Assembly: GCA_038890155.1 (NCBI GenBank)
Contig: JAWAFZ010000005.1
Location: 505 to 64,504, forward strand
DNA length: 64,000 nucleotides
Reading direction: 5' to 3'
From: Candidatus Caldarchaeum sp.
GTDB taxonomy: Archaea; Thermoproteota; Nitrososphaeria_A; Caldarchaeales; Caldarchaeaceae
A program made the position numbers and the translations under genes. Under the pieces are notes generated by a model. The model ran no database searches. It had not been told where the DNA came from and worked only from the letters and a program-made list of their open reading frames with translations. Of this stretch, positions 1-9,442 are shown piece after piece (position 1 is the stretch's first letter; every line of letters starts with the position of its first letter).

Positions 1-1
1 T

Positions 2-907
2 GGAAGTCAGGGAAGAGCACAGGCCCTCAACATGCGGGACTCTGGTCTGAAGGTTGTTGTCGGGCTTCGGAGGGGAGGAAACTCTTGGCGGAAAGCTGAG
101 GAAGACGGGTTTAAGCCGCTCACGGTGGAGGAGGCTGCCAGTGCCGGGGACTTGGTGCACATACTCATACCCGACATGGACCAGCCCATGGTTTACCAGA
201 AGAGCATAAAGCCATACCTCCGGGCGGGCAAGACACTAGGCTTCTCTCACGGCTATAACATCCACTTCCGACAGATAGTTCCGCCTCCCGATGTAGACGT
301 CGTCTTGATGGCTCCCAAATCACCCGGCCCAAGGATGCGCGACCTCTATGTTCAGGGCAAGGGTGTCCCGGCGCTGGTCGGAGTAGGGCAGGACTACTCT
401 GGCCACGCTCTTCAGACTGCGTTAGCCATGGCTAAGGCTTGCGGATGCTCAAGGGCCGGCGTCATCGAGACAACATTCAAGGACGAGACGGAGACAGACC
501 TTTTCGGCGAGCAGGCTGTTCTCGTGGGAGGAGTCATGGAGCTTATCAGGAACGGCTTCGAGGTCCTCGTCGAGAACGGCTACCCTGCTGAGCTTGCTTA
601 CTTCGAGGTTCTGAACGAGCTGAAGCTCATCGTCGACTTAATCTACCAAGGCGGCATGGTGCACATGCTGAAATCGGTCTCCGACACAGCCAAGTACGGA
701 GGCCTGACCGTCGGGCCCCTGATAGTCGACAGCCACGTAAGAAAGAACATGGAGAAAGCCCTAGAACGCGTGAAGTCCGGGGAGTTTGCCGAGACCTGGA
801 CAGGCAACCCACGAGCCTACGATATTCTGAACGACTTGATGAAGAAGATGGCCGACCACCCCATCGAGAAGGTGGGCGAGAAAATAAGGAAGATGGCCAA
901 TATATAG
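2..907 (+). CDS. ilvC: Ketol-acid reductoisomerase (5' truncated by window edge)
   Basis: Frame open from position 2 ([15 protein letters not shown]); motifs [36 protein letters not shown]. Confidence 0.96.
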   Translation, partial: GSQGRAQALNMRDSGLKVVVGLRRGGNSWRKAEEDGFKPLTVEEAASAGDLVHILIPDMDQPMVYQKSIKPYLRAGKTLGFSHGYNIHFRQIVPPPDVDVVLMAPKSPGPRMRDLYVQGKGVPALVGVGQDYSGHALQTALAMAKACGCSRAGVIETTFKDETETDLFGEQAVLVGGVMELIRNGFEVLVENGYPAELAYFEVLNELKLIVDLIYQGGMVHMLKSVSDTAKYGGLTVGPLIVDSHVRKNMEKALERVKSGEFAETWTGNPRAYDILNDLMKKMADHPIEKVGEKIRKMANI

Positions 908-946
908 AAGACAAAAATAGGGGGAGCATTCAGTTTAATCGGTCCC

Positions 947-1924
947 TTGAGAAGGAGGAAGACGACTACCAGTAGTTTCGGCTCGCCGGGTAGGGTGGGG
1001 CATGACGCAACACCGTTCTACAACCGCAAGCTCTACGATGATGTAAAAGCCCAGAAGCCGGAGCCATCAGAGCTTGTTGAAAACCCTGTTCCCGAAGAAT
1101 TTTTGGACAAGGTCGTCTATGGCGACGCCATCCACGTGCTCAGGAAACTACCAGATAACTGCATTCACTTAATGGTCACATCACCACCTTACAATGTGGG
1201 GAAAGAATATGATAGGGACCTGACCCTCGGTGAGTATCTCCAGTTCATCGCTGACGTCATGGATGAGGTTTATAGAGTGTTGGTATGGGGTGGTCGTGCA
1301 TGTTTTAATGTGGCAAATCTAGGCCGTAAGCCCTACATCCCTCTACACGCATATCTTTCCAACGTGTTTGAGCGTTTAGGCTTCATGATTAGGGGCGAGG
1401 TCGTATGGGACAAGGGAGACGCCGTAAGCGGCGCATCAACCGCTTGGGGGTCGTGGCAGTCGGCTGTCAACCCCGTTTTAAGGGACCAGCATGAATACAT
1501 CATAATTATGTCAAAGGGCACGTTCCGCAGAGAAAGTGTTGGTAAGGAGAGCACTATAACCCGGGAAGAGTTCCTAGAGTTCACCAAGAGCGTGTGGAGG
1601 TTCTCACCCGAGTCCGCTAAAAGGGTTGGCCACCCAGCGCCATTCCCCGAGGAATTACCGTACCGCTGCATACAGCTTTACAGTCTTAAGGATGACGTGG
1701 TGCTGGACCCATTCGTAGGCTCTGGAACAACATGCGTTGCAGCTCTTAAGACAGGCAGACACTACATCGGAATAGACGTCGATGCGGACTATGTCAACAT
1801 AGCTGAAAAAAGGCTGGCAGAGCTACAGGTAGATAGGAAAGTAAGTCGCGAGAGTCTTTTCAACAATCCATACCACTCGCTCCAGTATTCGGCTATTAGA
1901 GAATCTAATTTTAATGGCTCATAG
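947..1924 (+). CDS. Site-specific DNA methyltransferase, N4-cytosine/N6-adenine family, beta order
   Basis: TSPPY catalytic motif precedes DPFVGSGTT SAM-binding motif; HPAPFP motif. Confidence 0.92.
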   Translation: MRRRKTTTSSFGSPGRVGHDATPFYNRKLYDDVKAQKPEPSELVENPVPEEFLDKVVYGDAIHVLRKLPDNCIHLMVTSPPYNVGKEYDRDLTLGEYLQFIADVMDEVYRVLVWGGRACFNVANLGRKPYIPLHAYLSNVFERLGFMIRGEVVWDKGDAVSGASTAWGSWQSAVNPVLRDQHEYIIIMSKGTFRRESVGKESTITREEFLEFTKSVWRFSPESAKRVGHPAPFPEELPYRCIQLYSLKDDVVLDPFVGSGTTCVAALKTGRHYIGIDVDADYVNIAEKRLAELQVDRKVSRESLFNNPYHSLQYSAIRESNFNGS

Positions 1925-2463
1925 TTTGTCGAGACGTAGTTCCCCGACTTCACTGCAGTCTCCATCAATTTCTTAACAGCCACAGTAGCAATCCCATAGC
2001 CTCTTGGATTGGTGCCTCCACGAGGCATCCACCACATCCTATCCCCCAGATCTCTCCTGACTCTTTTTAGGTCGTCAACATCAAAGACGTATACGGCTAA
2101 TTCCTTCATTCGCTTGCTATTCTTAACGTATTGGATGCATGAATTTATGCATCCGAGCCCTCTCTATTGATGGAAAACCATCCCACGCTATCTTTATTGG
2201 TAAGACACCTTCAGAAGTCTTTAACCTGTAAAATCTTTCCTTATTGCCTATCAATACGCTGAAGTCCCACGACCTCTCCATGTAGGGTGCTGCCGTCACT
2301 TGAGCTCATTTTCCAGTACGAGGCGTATGAGGTTCTCCCTCCTAATCCCGACATCAGGAGATTTACTTTCTAAGTATAATAAATCCCAGGCCCGGCCGAG
2401 GAATTTCAAAACGTCGAGCCTGCTCTTCAGAAGAGCGATCAGCTCGTCCACAATTATTTCCAA
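1789..2463 (-). pseudogene. ThaI-family type II restriction endonuclease, frameshifted twice
   Basis: Three consecutive frames (2463-2296, 2299-2123, 2130-1789) read LESKSPDVGIRRENLI / WDFSV..RLKT..IKIAWD / PRGGTNPRGYGI; GTNPRG recalled as a ThaI-family motif; adjacent to the MTase. Confidence 0.7.
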
Positions 2464-2482
2464 ACTCTAGCGATTATATACT

Positions 2483-2956
2483 TTAAAGTCTGGGCTTTCT
2501 GTACAGGTAGATGGTGTGCTTGTTGAACCTCTCCCAGTGTTCGGGCCTCCATCCGGGTATTGGGTAGTCGTGGCAGACGACGCGTGCGGTTGGCTTTAGC
2601 TCCTGCTCCAGCTTAGGCCTGAGCCTTCCGAGTAGGTCTTTCGTCAAGTAGAGGGCTACGACGTCTGCGTCGTGGAGAGGCATGCTGAACATGTCTTTCC
2701 TAACAACGGTTATTCTGTCGTCGAGACGGAGAGCTCTTACCCTGTTCCGGACGTGAGCCACTAGGCTGGGCCGCAGCTCGCAGCCCACCGCCGAAGCCTT
2801 GAATTTTCTGGCAGCGGTTGTTAGAACCCGGCCATCGCCGCATCCTAGGTCGTAGACTTTCTCGCCCTCGTCGAGACCAGCCAGGCTCAGCATCCTTTCC
2901 ACAACATCAGCTGGTGATGGTACGAACGGAACGAGTTTCTTACCATTCATGGGCAT
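2483..2956 (-). CDS. Class I SAM-dependent methyltransferase (protein lysine methyltransferase-like)
   Basis: VPFVPSP N-terminus, YDLGCGDGR motif I, ELKPTARVVCHDY. Confidence 0.85.
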   Translation of the reverse strand: MPMNGKKLVPFVPSPADVVERMLSLAGLDEGEKVYDLGCGDGRVLTTAARKFKASAVGCELRPSLVAHVRNRVRALRLDDRITVVRKDMFSMPLHDADVVALYLTKDLLGRLRPKLEQELKPTARVVCHDYPIPGWRPEHWERFNKHTIYLYRKPRL

Positions 2957-3002
2957 GAATGTGTTGAACGTTCTTTAAGATTTTTCGCCAACTAGGCGTA
3001 GT

Positions 3003-3629
3003 TCATTCGTGGAGGAAGCCTCTCGGCTTGGGCCTGAGATACTCCGGCATCCGCCGCTCGAACGACTCTATCGATTTACTGTACTTTTCGACGGTCAGCT
3101 GTATGTCGTCCAGTCCTCTCATCAACCGCTCCTTAATGTGGGGCTCGATGTCGAACTTGACCTCTTCACCGGCGTATGAAACGGTCTGGCTTCCGAGGTC
3201 TATTGTTAGGCGGAGGTCTCCCTTCTTGGCTAGGTTCCGAAGCCTAGCCACTTTGTCGTCGGGCAGCTTGACGCAGACGAGGCCGTTTTTGCTTGCGTTG
3301 ACGTAGAAGATGTCGCCGAAGCTCGATGCTATGACGCACTTGATCCCAAAGTCGGTCAAAGCCCAGACGGCGTTTTCACGGCTGGAGCCTATTCCGAAAT
3401 TACGGCCAGCGACGAGGATTTCAGCTCCACGGTATTCAGGTCTGTCGAGGACAAAATCGCCCTTCAGCTCGCCGCTCTCACCATAACGCCAGCGGTAGAA
3501 CAAGTATCTTCCAAGCCCCTTACGCTCGATAACCTTGAGAAACTCGGCTGGAATAATCTGGTCGGTGTCGACGTCGTCCGCCTCGAGCGGAGCAGCCTTC
3601 CCCACTATTCGAGCAACAGCCTCAGGCAA
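3003..3629 (-). CDS. leuD: 3-isopropylmalate dehydratase small subunit
   Basis: DVDTDQIIPA, NFGIGSSRENA, SFGDIF, GLDDI. Confidence 0.95.
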   Translation of the reverse strand: MPEAVARIVGKAAPLEADDVDTDQIIPAEFLKVIERKGLGRYLFYRWRYGESGELKGDFVLDRPEYRGAEILVAGRNFGIGSSRENAVWALTDFGIKCVIASSFGDIFYVNASKNGLVCVKLPDDKVARLRNLAKKGDLRLTIDLGSQTVSYAGEEVKFDIEPHIKERLMRGLDDIQLTVEKYSKSIESFERRMPEYLRPKPRGFLHE

Positions 3630-3714
3630 GGCGAAAATATCTTAACATCCGTCTATTTAACCGAGAATCCTCGTCTATTGATATTTTTATTAACACGGTT
3701 TCCCCCGCTCCTCA

Positions 3715-4614
3715 TTGGCAGGCTCGCCCGTCATAGTCGCCGAGCAGCTGAGTGAGAAGTATGGTGATTACGTTGCTGTTGACCGTGTTTCTTTCAGCGT
3801 TTCTGAGGGCGAGGTTTTTTCGCTGCTGGGGCCCAACGGTGCTGGAAAGACAACGACCGTTGAGATGCTCGAGTGTTTTAGGACGCCGACTTCGGGCGCC
3901 GCCTACGTAAAAGGCCTCAACATCAGAAACATCTCGGACGTCAAGCAGATTAAGAAGATGATAGGCGTCCTGCCGCAGGAGTTTAACGCAGTCGCCAACC
4001 TCACGGTTGCTGAAAACGTGCAGCTGGCTGCCGCTGCAAGAGGAGCCAAGGGCGTCGGACAGATTCTCGACGACCTGGGTGTATGGGAGTACCGGAACAA
4101 GATCTTCTCCAAGCTTTCAGGCGGCTTGAAGAGAAGGGTTGGGCTGGCCATGGCTTTGGTGGGCGAGCCCGAGATAGTTTTTCTCGACGAGCCTACGACT
4201 GGCCTCGACCCAGAGGATAGGCGCGAGACATGGCTGTATGTCAGGAGGCTGAAGGCTTGTGGGAAGACTGTCGTGCTGACCACGCACTACATGGAGGAGG
4301 CGGAGACCTTGAGCGACCATGTCGTGATAATCGTCAAGGGACGGATAGCTGCGCAAGGAAAGGTGAGAGAACTCATAGCGAAGCACCGAGGAAGAACAAA
4401 GCTAGTCTTCGAGGGCCTCGACGAGAGGGTTTTAGCTTCGCTGAGAAACAAGGGTTTTGAGGCTGAGCAGACGCCGGAAGGCCGCACCGTTGTGCGCATA
4501 TCTAACGATTCTGAGATCGTTGAAGTGCTGTCGAATCTCAGGGACATGTTTATTGAGGCTTATCCCGAAATAAGGCAGGCTGGTCTGGAGGATGTCTTCC
4601 TGTCCGTCATATGA
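3715..4614 (+). CDS. ABC exporter ATP-binding protein (DrrA-like); TGA at 4612 probably premature
   Basis: GPNGAGKTT, LSGG, LDEPTTGLD, TTHYMEEA; frame continues to a TGA at 4645-4647 that overlaps the next start. Confidence 0.9.
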   Translation: MAGSPVIVAEQLSEKYGDYVAVDRVSFSVSEGEVFSLLGPNGAGKTTTVEMLECFRTPTSGAAYVKGLNIRNISDVKQIKKMIGVLPQEFNAVANLTVAENVQLAAAARGAKGVGQILDDLGVWEYRNKIFSKLSGGLKRRVGLAMALVGEPEIVFLDEPTTGLDPEDRRETWLYVRRLKACGKTVVLTTHYMEEAETLSDHVVIIVKGRIAAQGKVRELIAKHRGRTKLVFEGLDERVLASLRNKGFEAEQTPEGRTVVRISNDSEIVEVLSNLRDMFIEAYPEIRQAGLEDVFLSVI

Positions 4615-4643
4615 TCGAGGCTTTCTGAGGAGGGGTTGCTGGT

Positions 4644-5885
4644 GTGAGCTCTCTCACAACCCTGATTAAGCTGCTGTTCAAGACATGGGTCCGGAGTAAA
4701 ATCAGCATTTTTTCGGCGTAGCCTTTCCAATAATGCTGCTGCTTGTCTTCGGCAGTATATTCGGCGGCCCATCTCCTCCCAACTACCGGCTTTATGCTAG
4801 GAACCTCGACGTCGACCAGAACGGAAACCCCATGCCGCTTTCGGATGCATTCGTAAAAGCTCTCAACAGCAGCGTCTTCGAAATCATCCCCCCTCAAGCC
4901 CGGCGACCCAACCCCTAAATCCACAGGGTTTGCAGCGGTCAGAATACTCACGGTCCCCGAGGGGTTCACAGGAAGCGTACTCAACATGACCATGGCCAAC
5001 CGAGTGAACATAATGCAGGACACCATTCTAAGACTCGTTCAAACGGCTGGGGAGCAGATTCCGGAGGAGATGCGAGCCAACATCACGGCGTCGATGCAGC
5101 AGATAAACATGTTTAAACAGTCAATAAAGGCTGAGCGAAAGACGCTAATCCTTGAAGGCAGCCCCGACGACGGAGCCCTCCAACCCATAGAAGGCATAAT
5201 CAACATCATAGCATCCAAGTTTGAGACAGCTCTGCTAAACGCCTCGTCGACGATGGCGATAAAACTCGTCTACAGCGAGGCCAGACAGCTTCGTGCAGTC
5301 GATTACTATCTACCCGGATACATAGCGGCGTTCATAATGACCAACGGGTTGATCGGTGTTTCTTCGCTGGTTTCAGACTTCAACCGGCGTGGAGTCGTAA
5401 AGCTTCTCGCCTCAACCCCCATCCCGAAGTCTTACTGGATTGTCTCTCTGGTTATCGTTCAAACTTTTGCGGCTTTGCTTTTGACGGCTGTCATGGTCGC
5501 AGTCGGGTTTGCTGTGTTCAGGATAACAGCCGTTCCTGACATCTTCAGCCTGACGGTTCTTTTACTGGGAACTTTGGCTTTCACAGGACTCGGCGTGCTG
5601 ATAGGAGGCGTGGTAAGGGAAGCTGAAGCGGTCACCGCTCTCGGAAACATGCTTTCCCTCCCCATGATGTTTTTATCAGGTGCTTTCTGGCCTTTGGAGA
5701 TAATGCCCGAGTTTCTTCAGGAGACCGCAAAATACGTGCCACTCTACTATTTCCACGCAGCTTTGAGGGAGACGCTGGTGAAGGGGTCTGTCTCAGCGGC
5801 CTTGGCGCCGTCTCTGGTGCTCTTAGCCATGGCGGCCGTAGGCATGTCTCTGGCAATCTTTACGACTAGGTGGCGGGACTTCTAG
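4644..5885 (+). pseudogene. ABC-2 type permease interrupted by two homopolymer frameshifts (pseudogene or sequencing error)
   Basis: GTG at 4644; frame changes at T6 (4708-4713) and C6 (4888-4893) join three segments; C-terminal LPMMFLSGAFWPLEIMPEFLQ is typical of ABC-2. Confidence 0.75.
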
Positions 5886-6787
5886 CTGCTGAACTGTTCA
5901 GACAGAGACGGAAGCAGCTTTTCAGCAATAATCCTAACGCCCTCAACCGGGTTCGGCGAGACTGGGTGGCCGAAACATAGATGCGACACCCCGGAACGCA
6001 GCAGCGCCATGCATTTCTCCAACACCTCTTCAACCGAGCCGCAGACCGCAAAGCTATCAAGCATCCTAGCCCTAACCTCGTCATCTGCTTCATCCAAGTC
6101 GCAAGGCTCGAGACCAGCGGCCCTAAGCATGGGAGAGCCGTCCACGAGGTCGACGACGTATCTTCTAAGCTCTTCGATAAAGCGGTCAATCTCCTCCTGC
6201 TTTTCCGAGATGAAGGAGAAAGGTCTTGCGACAAGCTCTTTATCAGCTCCACCAGACTCATCCATCCATCTCCGCATCTCCCTGGCGTAAGCAGGGTTTG
6301 CAAGGTTGTCAACCACAATTCCTTTGACGTCGTGCAGAGCAGAGGCCTTGCGGGTCAACAGAGGCCCGCTCGTGCCGACATACACTACGGGTTTGCTTTC
6401 CCTAGCCCATTCAATCCTGTCAATCTCCTCGAAGGTCTGTCTCACGGCGTCCGCAACCTCTTGAACCGTAGCCCTTCCAGCTCCCATGTAAGCTCCCCGG
6501 GAGATTCCGAGCAAGGCCCCGGGGCTCACGGATTGTAGGTAGGCGAGGAGGCGAGCGTTGACAACCGGGCTGTAGAGCTTCGCCGGAACAGTGACGGGCC
6601 CTAGCTTTATTCTTCTGACGTGATGCGCTACAGCTAGAGCGATGCCCCATGCAGGCCTGTAGGGTAGATGCTCGTAGAACTGCAGCGAGTAAAAACCAGC
6701 GGCGTCCATCCGTGAAGCAATCTCCAGATAGGTCGCAAGCGATTTATCTCCCTCAACAGCGACGCTTACCTTGACCATCGTAGACAA
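5882..6787 (-). CDS. LLM-class (luciferase-like, probably F420-dependent) oxidoreductase
   Basis: EH motif, IKLGPVTV, LLGISRG, VYVGTSGP, AVCGSVEEV. Confidence 0.8.
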   Translation of the reverse strand: MSTMVKVSVAVEGDKSLATYLEIASRMDAAGFYSLQFYEHLPYRPAWGIALAVAHHVRRIKLGPVTVPAKLYSPVVNARLLAYLQSVSPGALLGISRGAYMGAGRATVQEVADAVRQTFEEIDRIEWARESKPVVYVGTSGPLLTRKASALHDVKGIVVDNLANPAYAREMRRWMDESGGADKELVARPFSFISEKQEEIDRFIEELRRYVVDLVDGSPMLRAAGLEPCDLDEADDEVRARMLDSFAVCGSVEEVLEKCMALLRSGVSHLCFGHPVSPNPVEGVRIIAEKLLPSLSEQFSS

Positions 6788-6977
6788 ACATCGCCTCCCT
6801 CTAAAAATCCTTGAAGTATGGCGATAGTTCTCGACACCTCATCGGCTCGGGCTTGTCTTGGGATTGTGCTGTGTGTTGTTGCCGGGTTAATGGAGCGGTG
6901 TATGGCTTGATGTTGGAGAAGGCTAGGCTGAGGAGGCGTGGCTCAAGTATTTTACGTTGGCGTTGGTTGTGGTTTTT

Positions 6978-8339
6978 GTGAAGACTAAGCTGGCCTGCAC
7001 GCTCGGCCCTTCGCTTTCAGCTGCCGAGGACATAGCCAAGGCCATATCTCTGGGCTGCAGGGTTTTTAGGATAAACTTCAGCCACGGCGACCCGGCTTTC
7101 TGGAGGAGGCTAGTTGAGGCTGCGAGGGAGGCTGCTGAAAAAGCTGGGTGCAGAATTGTCTTGGTGGGTGATTTGAAGGGCAACTCTGTGAGAGTTGCAG
7201 GCCTTGATAAACCGTTGTTTCTCAACGTAGGGGAGACCGTTTCCTTCCACCTTGATTCCGGCGTCAAACTCCCCCATCCCGAGTTCTTCAAAACAGTGGA
7301 AATAGGGGACATGCTCGTCACTGACGACGGAAGGGGAATGCTAAAGGTTGTCGGCAGAACGGAATCTTCAATCACGGCCGAGGCCATTCGTCAAGTCGCC
7401 TTATCACCCAACAAATCCGTCGTAATCAGAGGTAAGGAAGTGGCATCACAAAATTATCTAGAAGACAGCCGGCAGCAGATTGACTCCGCCATGGAGCTGG
7501 GCATGGACTTCTTAGGCTTAAGCTTCGTCAGAAACCCTGAAGACGTTCTCTCAGTCAAATCCTACTTAGAGTCTGCGGGCTCGAAGATAGGGTTGATAGC
7601 CAAGGTTGAAACTCCTTCATCGGTTAGGAACATAGAGAGGATAGCCGAGGTTTCCGACGCTGTTTTGATAGCCCGCGGCGACCTTGGGATGCATTTTCAG
7701 CTCGAAATAGTTCCTCGGCTGCAGAAGACGATAATAGAGGTTGCGTTCAAAGCCTGCAAACCCGTCATAGTGGCGACGCAGCTTCTCGGCACCATGGTTA
7801 ACGAGCCTGTTCCGTCGAGAAGCGAGATAGTCGACGTTATGTCATGTGTTGAGGATGGTGTTGATGTTTTAATGCTGACGGCTGAAACGGCTGTGGGCAG
7901 GTACCCGCTCGAGTCAATTCAGTGGTTGGCTAACATAGCTGAAACCTATGAAAAAGGCGTCAGGCCCCGTAGAACGCTTCCGCCTGACGCAGAGGTTCTG
8001 GACAGGTTCGCATTATCCGTGGTCAACCTCGCCGAGTCTCTGGCCGCTCGGATAGCAATATTCACCATGAACGGAAACATGGCGCGACGGATAGCACGGT
8101 TCAAGCCCGTTAGCGGGGTAATCGCAGCAACCCCGAACACCCACGTACTTCCACGCCTCGAATTGATGTGGGGAGTCATGCCGATTGTTGTCGAGGCTCG
8201 AAACTACACGGAGGGCCTTGAAAAGCTGGAGCAAACGCTTGAAGAGAGAGGGATAGCCGAAAGCGGCGAGACATTCGTGCTTACCTACGGGCTGGTCGAA
8301 GAACCCGTCCACATAGTGAAGATGAAAAAATATCAATAA
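6978..8339 (+). CDS. pyk: Pyruvate kinase
   Basis: KTKLACTLGP, RINFSHG, IAKVE, IARGDLG, VATQLL, MLTAETAVG; start set at GTG 6978. Confidence 0.95.
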   Translation: MKTKLACTLGPSLSAAEDIAKAISLGCRVFRINFSHGDPAFWRRLVEAAREAAEKAGCRIVLVGDLKGNSVRVAGLDKPLFLNVGETVSFHLDSGVKLPHPEFFKTVEIGDMLVTDDGRGMLKVVGRTESSITAEAIRQVALSPNKSVVIRGKEVASQNYLEDSRQQIDSAMELGMDFLGLSFVRNPEDVLSVKSYLESAGSKIGLIAKVETPSSVRNIERIAEVSDAVLIARGDLGMHFQLEIVPRLQKTIIEVAFKACKPVIVATQLLGTMVNEPVPSRSEIVDVMSCVEDGVDVLMLTAETAVGRYPLESIQWLANIAETYEKGVRPRRTLPPDAEVLDRFALSVVNLAESLAARIAIFTMNGNMARRIARFKPVSGVIAATPNTHVLPRLELMWGVMPIVVEARNYTEGLEKLEQTLEERGIAESGETFVLTYGLVEEPVHIVKMKKYQ

Positions 8340-8341
8340 AA

Positions 8342-9181
8342 CTACTGGGGTGGTGGGGGCGGTGGCGGTGGGCTTCTTCCACGCCTACCCATCACTGCAG
8401 CTACTCCTCCGACTGCCGCCGCAACTACTGTGGCTGCGACGAGCAATAGGCGCTGTTGCTCAAGGCTGTTGCTCTTGTCGATTTCCTGTGCCAGCTTGTC
8501 TGACAACTGTTTATTGGTGGCTTGGGCTTGCTGGAGCTCACTGTTTGTCTTAGACAGTCTGTCCGTGAGGTCCCTTAAGTCAGACTCAAGCCTGCTCTTC
8601 TCCGACTGGATTTGCTGCAGCTGGCCTGATGTTTTAGCCAAGTTTTCATTAAGCGTCTTCACCTCCGTCTTCGAGGCTTCGAGCTCGGAGGCGAGCTTTT
8701 CATTCTCCTCGAGTAGTTCGTTGATGCGGTCGATGACGATCTGAGGAGTTTGGAGAACAAAGGAAGCCTCGAGTATTTGCCTGTTGTTGTAGAGCACAAC
8801 TACATTCCAAAGTCCGAGAGATCGGTTCTCATTAATGGCCAACGACGACCAGACCCAGTATGATGTGAAAACGCCTTGCTGCGTGCTTCTTAACGGGACT
8901 TCTATCACCTCACCCTTGGGGCCGACCCATCTGAACAAAAGATCGTACGGGGACTTGATTGATTCGAAAAGGACGTACAGGTATGCCCTGCTGTTAGCGG
9001 TTGTGAAGAAGCCGATCTTCTGACCGTCCACAACCACGGTAGCTGGGTTTGTCACCATGTTCCGGCTGTCCACTGCTCCGTAAAATCCATAATCCTTGAC
9101 TACGACGTCTTGAGAGAACGCAGAAGGGAGCCATAACAAAACCCCCACAAGCACAAGAGCCGTCTGGGCAGAGTATTTCAT
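8342..9181 (-). CDS. Secreted/membrane-anchored protein with coiled coil, C-terminal TM helix and poly-Pro tail
   Basis: Signal-peptide-like N-terminus, heptad-rich central part, LLLVAATVVAAAVGGVAAVM then RRGRSPPPPPPPPQ. Confidence 0.8.
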   Translation of the reverse strand: MKYSAQTALVLVGVLLWLPSAFSQDVVVKDYGFYGAVDSRNMVTNPATVVVDGQKIGFFTTANSRAYLYVLFESIKSPYDLLFRWVGPKGEVIEVPLRSTQQGVFTSYWVWSSLAINENRSLGLWNVVVLYNNRQILEASFVLQTPQIVIDRINELLEENEKLASELEASKTEVKTLNENLAKTSGQLQQIQSEKSRLESDLRDLTDRLSKTNSELQQAQATNKQLSDKLAQEIDKSNSLEQQRLLLVAATVVAAAVGGVAAVMGRRGRSPPPPPPPPQ

Positions 9182-9307
9182 AAATAATAATATGTATGCG
9201 ATTATTTAAAGTAAAAATTTTTTATGTCATCTCACTCATTTTTGGGAAGCAACCAAAAATAAGGACAACACCTGTCTTGGTTGTTTTCTAAAGCCCTTTA
9301 AGCCTGG

Positions 9308-9356
9308 GGCCCCGGTCAAGTCAGGGCATCAATCAGTACACGGGCCCTCTTCAGCT
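9308..9356 (-). ncRNA. Candidate box C/D 2'-O-methylation guide sRNA
   Basis: Minus strand: C CTGAAGA (9354-9348), guide GGGCCCGTGTA, D' CTGA (9336-9333), C' TTGATGC, guide CCTGACTTGAC, degenerate D CGGG; both guides complement recalled archaeal 16S motifs. Confidence 0.6.
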
Positions 9357-9442
9357 ACTGGAATTCGTCTCTAGTATCCTGAGACTTTTCCGGTGAATTG
9401 CTTTCCTAGCTTGGTTTACTGTCGTGGTTGTGGATGTCTGTG

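Noticed and set aside
4612..4614. In-frame TGA as selenocysteine or programmed readthrough
   Set aside because: The position corresponds to a non-catalytic Gly-like site and nearby lesions indicate decay or error.
6819..6911. Short ORF starting MAIVLDTS, like a PIN toxin N-terminus
   Set aside because: Only 30 codons with no further convincing PIN motifs.
9357..9394. Hairpin (GTCTC/GAGAC core) beside the sRNA candidate
   Set aside because: Short stem with ambiguous strand and no family motif; could arise by chance.
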